From: Trypethelium eluteriae
Taxonomy: Eukaryota
Direction: 5' to 3'
Assembly (NCBI GenBank): GCA_051942245.1
Contig: JAVECL010000156.1
Location: 1 to 41,771 of the forward strand
Length of the DNA: 41,771 nucleotides
Part shown: one piece after another, positions 12,409-21,832 of the stretch
Position numbering within the stretch: position 1 is the stretch's first letter
Layout of the letters: every line of letters begins with the position of its first letter
The notes under the pieces: generated by a model
What the model was told of the DNA's origin: nothing
Seen by the model: the letters and a program-made list of their open reading frames with translations, nothing else
Databases searched by the model: none
Position numbers and translations under genes: made by a program

Positions 12409-13528
12409 ATGAGATCGATCATACAATTCTCTTTCGCTGCCTTGGCAGCCTTCACGGATGCCACGGTGATCCACCGACGTGACTCTGGCCTTGAAGTTTC
12501 ATTGGCATCCGAGTCAAACACTGTTATCAAAGCAACTTTGAAGAATCAGGGCACCGACGCACTCAACCTCTTGAAGAAGGGGACCATCCTTGACTCAGCT
12601 GCCGTTGAGAAAGTCAGTGTAGTCTCTGCAAGTGTTCCTGTCGCATTCGAGGGCATCCGATTTCGTGTCTTGACCTCCAACTTTTCCGAAGACGCCTTTA
12701 CTACCCTCGCAGCCGGCGAAACTAAAGAGGTCACCTTCGACGTAGCAAGCACGCACGACCTCACCAGCGGCGGTAATTACAAACTCATTGCTGCCGGAGC
12801 GATCCCCTTCGCCAAAGCTGGATCTACCGAATTGGTCGGGGACGCCTTGGCGTTCCAGTCCAATGAGCTCTCCATTGATGTCGACGGAGCCCAAGCTGCT
12901 ACCGTTAGCCGCCCTTTCTCAAGGGCAAACAAGCGCAGCGATATCCAATCCGACTGCACCGGATCTCGTCTCAGTGCTACTCAGAGTGCGCTCAGAGACT
13001 GTGTAACGCTAGCCAGCAATGCTGCACGCGCCGCAACCTCTGGCTCTGCCAGCAAATTCCAGGAGTATTTTAAGACTACATCGAGCAGTACACGACAGAC
13101 CGTTGCCAACAGACTCAATGCCGTCTCTCGGGAGTGCAGTAGCTCGACGTCTGGTGCCACTGACTATTACTGTTCAGATGTTTATGGAGGCTGCAGCAGC
13201 AATGTCCTGGCATACACTCTCCCATCTCAGAACCTAGTTGTCAACTGCCCCCTGTATTTCTCTGACCTACCCCATCTTACCTCGAGCTGCCACGCACAGG
13301 ACCAAGTGACCACCACCATCCACGAATTTACCCACGCTCCGGGAGTCTATAGCCCAGGAACCCAAGATTTGGGCTATGGATACTCAGCTGCTTCCGCTCT
13401 TAGCGCTAACTCTGCACTAAACAACGCTGACACCTATGCCCTCTATTCCAACGGTGAGTCACTCTTTCCAATAAGTAGTCCATGGACGGATTCTAATTGA
13501 TTTACCAGCTATATACGTTGGTTGCTAG
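12409..13528 (+). CDS. Deuterolysin / neutral protease 2 (peptidase M35, aspzincin) prepro-protein
   Basis: Signal peptide MRSIIQFSFAALAAFTDA; propeptide ending ...FQSNELSIDVD...ANKR; mature domain with HEFTH and GTQD zinc motifs and NADTYALY. Intron 13454-13508; last exon 13509-13528 gives the typical NAIYVGC* end. Confidence 0.96.
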
Positions 13529-15933
13529 ATGTCCAGAGCGGACACGTTGAGAGACTAGTTCAACAGGTGAACAGCTAGGTGTTGGGACGAAGTGTTAACA
13601 GTTTTCTCAGGACCGACAGACTGTCAATAATTTTCGAAATCTATTTGTAACGCCAGAAATGCTAGAACTGGCCACTCTGGAAAATTATAATAATTTACCA
13701 TATCAAGCGTCTCATTGAACCTTCACGCCCACTAATCAGTCTGCAATCCTTTTAATCCCTATTATCCTCGAAAATTTCTTTCATCAAGTATACCCATAAA
13801 TATATACAAGTCGTTCGCACTTAGAAAGCAGGGACGGTATTCTGAAGTGTACTGAAAAGTTGCAGGCAGATCGATGTTTTTGTAACATTAAGAGAAGATA
13901 GTATGGACCATTAATACGGACCCACTCAAATGTCAGACCAATGTTGCAGCCCCATGACGAAGTGAATTTGGTACAGCCGGAGAGTGCGTGAGCCCACTTT
14001 CTACAAGTTACTAGCATAGATCAGTCAGCATTTGGATAAGAGTATCGCTGGGCTTTGATAGCTAACATACATGCTTAAACTAAAACAGTATCTCGACTGC
14101 GTTGAAGCCAATTCGCGACTAAAGTAAGTCAGTAAGCAACTCCAGCTCAAGCATGCTCAAGTTAAGAAGTTGGAGTATCTTCAGCTCATGCATCGGCCGA
14201 TAAAAGACTATACTAATTTCGTCGAAGCTGATACGCTCCTACCACAGATGCACTCGCCAAGCACAAAGCTTGGTTGAGGCTGAAAGTTACAAACGCGGCT
14301 GAATGGACACGGAAGTATAGGGTCAATATTAACCCTGCCTATGAAAAGATCTACCAGAACTGCATATTCAAGCTCTGGAATACTTTACCTTTTTCCTAAA
14401 TCCACCTTATCCTTCCTCTATATATATTTTTACTCTGCCCCTATCGACGCTATAGAGCAATACTCAGTGCCACAGAAGCAATCGCGCGATGAAGGCGATG
14501 AAAATACCCCCAGAAACTTTCGTCCTCTTCCACGAGGACAAGAAGGCGGTAATGCACAACAAGATGCATTAGCACAAGCCTCAACCGGGACACCCCCAGC
14601 CTCGATATCGCCATAAGCAAAGGGCAGCTGTACAGCGTCTCTCTCCTTACCTGCATTTGTACCAACTTTTGGTAGCGAGTAGATACGCCAAAGTAGCATC
14701 GAGTTCAACCTCGCCGGACGCACTAAGTGCCTCTACGGTCAAGTGGTAAAGAACGTCGCGGCCGACAAAGTCAGCTGAACGGATAGGATAGGGGCCTGTG
14801 ATAGTTGCGTGTCCAGCGGAAGACAATGCATTTTCTTTGTATCAGGCGATACTGTACTGCTGGTAAACGCGACAGAAGAAGAGGAGAGGAGACAGCGGAG
14901 CATTGGATCGATGGGCAATGCTATGGCGAGTAATGCTGTGATCAGTGTCCCACCCAACACATAATTGCTCAACTTACCTTATGTAATGGCAAGATAGGAA
15001 TGCTATGGAGATATCTCCACCTGTAAAATGTGCATTTACGAATGGCTGCAGACCGTCCTACAGAAATGCTGGAAGCAATTAATAAGGATTCTAAGCCAGA
15101 TCGAGAACGTTCAATTCTCGTGGCTGATGCAAAACGTTTACCATCTCGTGTATGAGGAGCCGCTCAGTATAGCCATGCCAATAAGTGTAGCCATGCATAT
15201 TGCCGTTATTAATGCTTTGCCCTTCGTAAGACAACGATGGCAAAATTTTAATCAAGATCGGGTAGAAGCAGTCTATAGTCTATCATCACGTAGACTAGGT
15301 GACTCCCAGACCATAAACCGATTCCAACAGACCACCCTTCTTAGCACACACACTTATCGTTGCATCATCCACATATTCCCAACCAGCACACCTAGAGCTT
15401 CGTGGGTGCGGCACAAGAGAGAGCGAATAGATCATCTCGATCGCTCGACCTCCGAGCCTGTCAGTCTTAAGACCAACAGCTTGAGTCCACTCCACAGCGC
15501 TGTCACGAAACATGATCTGGAATAGAGCATAGCAGCTCTTGTTGCAATTTCTTGCGAATACGTGCGACTCTATTTGATTGCCTGCAGGGAATCCCTAATC
15601 CTCATTGATCCCATGACAGACGTTTTGCTACACAGAAATGCCTTCGCCTGTCGTTTTGTCTGGCCCGATAATGCGAGATGCGGCTTGATTTGAGAGTATG
15701 TTGAAGACAGCTGTCACATCTGTGAGTTTTCTGCAAGCGCCAATAGCATTTTCTCGGACTTCAGCCAGATTCATCGTGATCGGTGCGCCGCCCTTGGCCC
15801 ATAAGAATACGAATTTTTTTGACAAGAAGACGATTAGAGAGTTTTTCAGATCTATTGCTCTTTCCTAGGTCTGGAGCAGCCGAAGTAGCTTGTGTTGCTC
15901 TGGCCTATACTATCGAATGATAAGCTACAAGGA

Positions 15934-16697
15934 CTAACTGAAGTACCAGCTGAACGAATTCAATCTTGCTCTGTCGTGGATATTCGGTAATGTTATACTT
16001 ATCTCAAACTTTGATGTGTTCATTGGTGAGTTTAAAGATTTGAGATAAGAACATTCTTCGCATGAGATTGCTTCTGAGAGGATATTATTGTCGACATCCC
16101 TCGGAGTTATGCTTATTTTAGGGCTCCGAAAATAGATCTGGTCGTTATTCTGTCCGGTAAAGTAAATTGCGTAATTAAGGTTGTGGCCAGATGGATACTG
16201 TACAGTCTCGAAATACTGCTGAACGTCTTGTGAGCTTGCAGCTTCCTCGAGCAGTCCTGCGTAGGTCTGAGAAAGACACGTAGCTACCCCAGGCCTATCG
16301 TCATCACCAGGTGTGTCGGCGCATACTTCGTCTTCATGACAACGACCATAGCGCTTTTGCCAGTAATTCCCTAGTTGACACCATATCGCATACCCTCGTG
16401 GTACTCTGTCATGACACTGCGATCTCTTGAAAGTAGTGAGATGGCGGTTCATATCAGGATGTGGGCAATCTTGTATGAAGCGCATAACCCTTTTCACGAG
16501 CCTAGAGCTGATCGACGTATTGTGGTTTGACTGAGCAATATTGCTGGGATACTTATACTACAATCAGTCTTTCATTGAAACAAATTGAGAAAGACCTACG
16601 ATTGCGTGATACTGATGATGGAATCATTGACAGAAGTAGTTGCTAATGAATTCGCTGTAAACAGGAAAAGCATACAACCGATGATGGAGAAATCCAT
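15934..16697 (-). CDS. Secreted Cys-rich protein resembling FOLD (SIX1/SIX6-type dual-domain) effectors, ~235 aa
   Basis: Exon 16697-16600 MDFSIIGCMLFLFTANSLA (signal peptide); intron 16599-16544 (GTAGGT...CTGAT...CAG restores the frame); Kex2-like LVKR. N-domain has 6 Cys (C...RSQC...WC...RCHEDEVC...ATCL). The beta-rich C-domain has CEEC and ends LNSFSWYFS*. Confidence 0.7.
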
Positions 16698-18676
16698 TTT
16701 ATAGATCATAAGGTAGGAGCTAGATCAAATATTTGAATATTCAACGAAAAACAACCTGTAAGGAAGCGGTGATTACTTCCATATCTTAGCAGTATCTTCG
16801 GACGAGGGTTCCAATCACTTTATAACCGGCGAGAGTATCTGGCTGAGGTAAAGACCTCACATTATTGTAGGTCTATCTTTCAGATAAGTGGAACGTGTCG
16901 ATATTTTTGAATAGATCATAAACAAAAAGATCTGTGCTTAGGCATTCCGCTCGGGGTGGACGCGTTACCTTATCCACGAAATGTCCATCCTCAACTGTAA
17001 TTCTGTGGCCAGTCCATTGGCCACATCTCATGGATGGGATTTATCGCAAGACCCCAAGTGATGGAAATAATTCGAATACATGTCACCTCGGCGGCACCGT
17101 CTCAGTCTTAACTTGACTAAGTCCTAGTGACCTATAACAGGGGACGGTGTCTCCATCAATTCCCCAACACACTGTCTTTCAAGAGTCCGGTCGGTTCGAC
17201 CAAGAATGGCAGTACTCTAGATACTCTAGTGTGTCGGGGACCTCAGGCAAATAGTCGACACTGTAGCTAAGTTCACGTTAACTCTGATACAGTATAGCGT
17301 GCAAGCGAAACTAGACTGAGCTTGTACAGTCCAGTACAAGAATGATGTTTGCTAATACATCCAAGGGAAGGATCGGTTTACGTCATGCACGGTCTAATTC
17401 TGCTCCAAATGAGACGGTGGCAACAATATCTATACGGCCGTGAGCAGATGATGCCATAGTGGACACCTGTCTTCGAAGGTAAAATAAGCACAAACGTTGA
17501 GGGCAAGGAAGAGGGAGCTTTCTAGCCAGGCGAGCCTTTCCTGCACCGTATTGATTTGGCACAAACCTTCGGGGACTTGTCCCTTGCAATCGACCGCTGA
17601 AAGGTGATGACGAAAACAGTATTCAGTGCAATGTCGCGCCTCGAAAACCGCGATTTGGCGGAAGATCAAGGAGACGAATAGTGAGGCCGACAACGGCGAT
17701 AACCAAGAAGATGGCCCACAGGCTGGATAATCGAGGTGATGGGGTGCCCAGCAAGCCTGCATGAGGACGACGAGCTGGCATCAGACATGATCAGATAAAG
17801 GTGAGCAAAGAGTATCAGGAGAAGTGAGTATGTGGACACAATAGGCCCTAGTCATGAGACTCCCAGACGGCGCTACGGAAGTCAGGGACAACCACTTCCA
17901 CTGACAACAACGTTAGCGCATTCTATCCTATCACGTGACTGTCAAGGAGCATCCGATGGCTTGGGTACGTGGCACCTCCCTGAGTTACCCGACACAGCCC
18001 GCCAGAGTAAAGTACGCCTATGAAGATTTTTTCAAGCCGTTAGCTTGCTTGAACATGATTATTTTCAGACGACAAGTCGAAAAATGGGAATGGGGAAACG
18101 TCCGAAAGGGGCTTGGTTAAGTGGATCCTTCGGCGAGCTTTGGCGTGTTTTGGCATCCAACGCTAATTCAGAGCTGAAGGAGTTCAAAGAGCTGAATTGC
18201 AATTGTCTCTTCAAAGCTCGCGCAAGAAAGTGATTCAACGATGTCGTCGAATCGGCTGGTTCATGAGGCATGAGATATGCTACATTTATCTTATCAACCG
18301 GGACTTCACGATCATGCTCTGTCCCTAGCCTAGTACCGCCGGATGCACTCCTCTACGATATCATTTTCCCTAGGAGCTTGTGCAAGTCCATAAGAATCTC
18401 GTCTGCTCTTCTTCCTGATCTATCTCTGATCTATCTCTGAATCCCACATACCACATATACAGCTCTTGTCAAAATTATATGCGGTATGCTCGTAATCTAC
18501 AATGGTAGAGATTGAATCCAAACGCGTGGTTCGTGTTTACAGCAGCGCCAATGGTAGTGTAACCAGAGCCCGAGGTATTGAACGTTTGATTCGTGCAATA
18601 GAAGAAACATAATTGCAGCGACCCATCAGGGTAACATATCCACAAGCAGAATTTCTCTACTCGGAACTCTCTCACA

Positions 18677-20998
18677 ATGACGAGTCTTCAAGACGTCAAA
18701 TGTTGCATGATCCAAAATGGATGGTGCCCGCATCAGGCAGACCGGTGGTCGAAAGTATTGAAAGTTGAGCATCTTCAATACTTTAGTCGCCTTGATCGCT
18801 CTGCCAATGCTCGAAGCTCTCACAACGCATGTGGCCAAGCAAGACAGTGTGTTGCCAACCACGTCAACATGCGCAGTTATGTTACAAAACATGTTGAGAA
18901 CGACTGCACGTGCTCAATGATGGGTTTACCACGTAAGCGGTTAATCGAGATCATTGCTGCCGGAGGAGTACCACTGGTGTCCATCGAAACCGACAAAAGC
19001 AACGGAGGAGTCAGGCTTCACATCAAACGCCGTACTCTCAGTAACCAATACGTTGCCATTTCACACGTCTGGTCTGATGGCATGGGTAACCCGAACGACA
19101 ATGCATTGCCCGTGTGTCAAATACGACGACTGCACCAATACTTGGAAGCACTCCCTCACAGTGGGAACCGCGCAATCGACAAAAGGGCCCCAAATCTCAT
19201 CCCTTCTAACCCGTTGTCAAGCAAAAGCGTTCTCTTCTGGATGGATACGCTGTGTATTCCAGTTGGCTCAGCCTATGTAGACTTAAGGATGCAGTCAATC
19301 AATAGAATGGCGTCCATCTATGCTACTGCAATGCAAGTCCTCATACTGGATGCAGAGCTTCAAAAGTGTCGGACCAAGGGCACCTTGGCAAATGGATTGC
19401 TTGTACGTATACTCGGCAGCAATTGGATGGCTCGCAGCTGGACTTTTCAAGAAGGCGCTTTGGGAATTGACTGCATCTTCCAGTTTGCCGATACGGCTCT
19501 TGATCCGATTTATGCATGGTGCGGGTCCGGGTCTGCATGCGGTTACAAGGGAGAAGTGAATTTCCCATCTGAGGGATCCCCAGATCATAACACGTACAGC
19601 GTTTTGTATACCTTACTATGGGATCGATTGCGCCAAGGCTGGAAAACTCCTCTGTCACCCCGGGAAAGGCCAGTTGCCAAACCTGCAGAAAGACTATTTT
19701 TGGAAAAGAATATCCCGAAAATACCCGGTCTCCGATCAATTGGATTAGTACAGAGTGCGCTGCAGGCAGCTCCAACAGCCTCCCGATATGACGGTGTCGC
19801 CGCCAGCGAGCACTTCCGAAGGACCACATCGGATGAAGGACGGGCTTTACAGCTTGTAGAAATCTGGAATGAGTTGGGATGTCGCACGACTTCAATGACC
19901 GAAGACATTCATGTTATTATCGCGAATTTGCTCGATTTTCATGCAGGGGACGTGATGGACCTAAGCGGTAAAATTGAGAGGATGCACGCAATACTCTTGA
20001 GCTTCGACTATTTGCCCTTTTCTCTATTCTATGATACGGGCTCGAAATGCAAAGACTTACCCAACACTTGGCTGCCTGTTGAACCCAGCGGAAGCTCCAT
20101 GGCTCAATATCCACTCATGAAGAGAAATCTCGATGGGTTCCTATTGATGAAGTCGAACAGTCGTACCCACGAGCCCACTGTATTGCTCATAGAAAGCAAT
20201 GTTTTGGACCACAAATCATTTCACGTCAGGAAGACAGGTCAAAATGAAAGTCTAACCATTCAACTCTTCCGCGGTGAGACGTCGTCTACGCTGCCAGAAA
20301 CCAAATCATGCTGCCTTGTAATCGAGACAGACCTTTTCGACTCTTCTCTGACCAAAACACGCGGCGCATTGTTCCGGGTCACTGAAACCAAAGCCAGGTT
20401 CGACGTTGTTGAAGAACTTCGTGCAGTCTATTGCTGCCCTGTTGAAGCTGAGAAGCTGTCATCAGCACACGTCGGCGGAATGTGCATTGACCCTGATGAT
20501 TCAGTCTCGCAAGTGCATAATGCTCAAAAAGTGCATCCGTCAACCAAATTAGTTGTCGAATATGGCGAGTATCTCCGACTCCTGTGTATTCGAGATGCAT
20601 CGCTAATTGCAGTAGCCTCTCCTCTTAACTTCAAGCCTCTCGAAAGACGCGAACCAATTGTAGACACCTTTATGTATGGCAATTGGATGTCAGTACTGAT
20701 TGTCTTGCTGCCATTAGCCGCCGTGGGCTGTTTCATTGCCCTCGGCGTTCTGAGATCTCGACATCCGCATTCGTGGCGGGCCAATGACACGGTTCTTCTT
20801 GTCGTCGGATTGACTATGTGGTTTGGCGGGTTCTTAGGTTTGGTAGCAAGTTGGTGGTTGAAGGACTTGCTCGCTCACAGGGCATGGGCTCGGTCTTTCG
20901 ATCAAAAGGGGACAAGTCGTAGCGTCTGGCTCCTGTCGTTCTTCGTTAAAGTCGATGAAAAGATTCCAGGACCACTGGGGCGGAACGGTAGCAGATAG
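18677..20998 (+). CDS. HET-domain (PF06985) protein with two C-terminal transmembrane segments
   Basis: GWCP...HNAC...C...HVENDCTC pre-HET motif. HET blocks YVAISHVWSDGMGN, LFWMDTLCIP, MASIYATAMQVLILD and WMARSWTFQEG; LGCRTTSMTED. Hydrophobic WMSVLIVLLPLAAVGCFIALGVL and VLLVVGLTMWFGGFLGLVASWWL near the C-terminus. Possible in-frame GC-AG intron at 20565-20612/20615. Confidence 0.9.
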   Translation: MTSLQDVKCCMIQNGWCPHQADRWSKVLKVEHLQYFSRLDRSANARSSHNACGQARQCVANHVNMRSYVTKHVENDCTCSMMGLPRKRLIEIIAAGGVPLVSIETDKSNGGVRLHIKRRTLSNQYVAISHVWSDGMGNPNDNALPVCQIRRLHQYLEALPHSGNRAIDKRAPNLIPSNPLSSKSVLFWMDTLCIPVGSAYVDLRMQSINRMASIYATAMQVLILDAELQKCRTKGTLANGLLVRILGSNWMARSWTFQEGALGIDCIFQFADTALDPIYAWCGSGSACGYKGEVNFPSEGSPDHNTYSVLYTLLWDRLRQGWKTPLSPRERPVAKPAERLFLEKNIPKIPGLRSIGLVQSALQAAPTASRYDGVAASEHFRRTTSDEGRALQLVEIWNELGCRTTSMTEDIHVIIANLLDFHAGDVMDLSGKIERMHAILLSFDYLPFSLFYDTGSKCKDLPNTWLPVEPSGSSMAQYPLMKRNLDGFLLMKSNSRTHEPTVLLIESNVLDHKSFHVRKTGQNESLTIQLFRGETSSTLPETKSCCLVIETDLFDSSLTKTRGALFRVTETKARFDVVEELRAVYCCPVEAEKLSSAHVGGMCIDPDDSVSQVHNAQKVHPSTKLVVEYGEYLRLLCIRDASLIAVASPLNFKPLERREPIVDTFMYGNWMSVLIVLLPLAAVGCFIALGVLRSRHPHSWRANDTVLLVVGLTMWFGGFLGLVASWWLKDLLAHRAWARSFDQKGTSRSVWLLSFFVKVDEKIPGPLGRNGSR

Positions 20999-21832
20999 CC
21001 CATCAGCTTAACAGTTAGACAAACAGCAGCACTCGTCTTGTTTGCGTTATACGAAGACAATTACCCTTTTCGTCAGCACTCTTTTCAACTTGCGCATTTC
21101 CCAAACTGGTTCTCGGTCAACTTCCATGCATCATATGTCTGAGATTTGCCTGTCCTCTCCCAACTCGGTAGAGCACCCACCCAGATCAGCATGAATCAGT
21201 CGGGTGATAATCGCTTGTGCTTTACATTCCTTAAGGAGCCAATAATCCGTTTCGATTGGGATTATACTTGACTCATGATTAGTCTCTGACACGATTGATC
21301 TGCGCGACGAATGATATTTCCCTGTTACGGCCCACAAGAGTCCTCGCTTCCTCAAAGCTGGATGAGGAGAGCGACGCAATCAGCCGTGTTTCTCGCATCG
21401 ATGTCTGGGATTGCTAAGATCCGTTATATCTCATTAGGTTAAAGAGTTGACAAGACTGACTGTTGCTCCGTGGGAGGGATGAACATACTGTAGAATAGAC
21501 GTTCAAATTTTGTGAGGGTATCCAAGCGATTCACTTTGTCGCCCTTGTCATCTCGACGAGCAGACATCTGATCACGAGCATTCCGAGCCTATGTGGTTAT
21601 TGTAGCAGCCGGAGCGTTGAACCATAACATCACTGAGTCTTTTTATAAATCAGATGTGATGTTAGCTAACGGGTGGAGTGAACCAAGCCGTGTTGGCTGT
21701 GGGCCTTTCGTGGTTGTGGCGTTTGCCACATTGGGCTTTGAGCTACTATTCCTAATGAAAGAATGAACGGTGTTACCGGCACCCCTATTTGTATTGGTTA
21801 GCAGTACGTCTGATGATATCGTAGACTAAGAC

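Noticed and set aside
15028..15525. 165-aa plus-strand ORF
   Set aside because: No recognisable domain, signal peptide or splice support.
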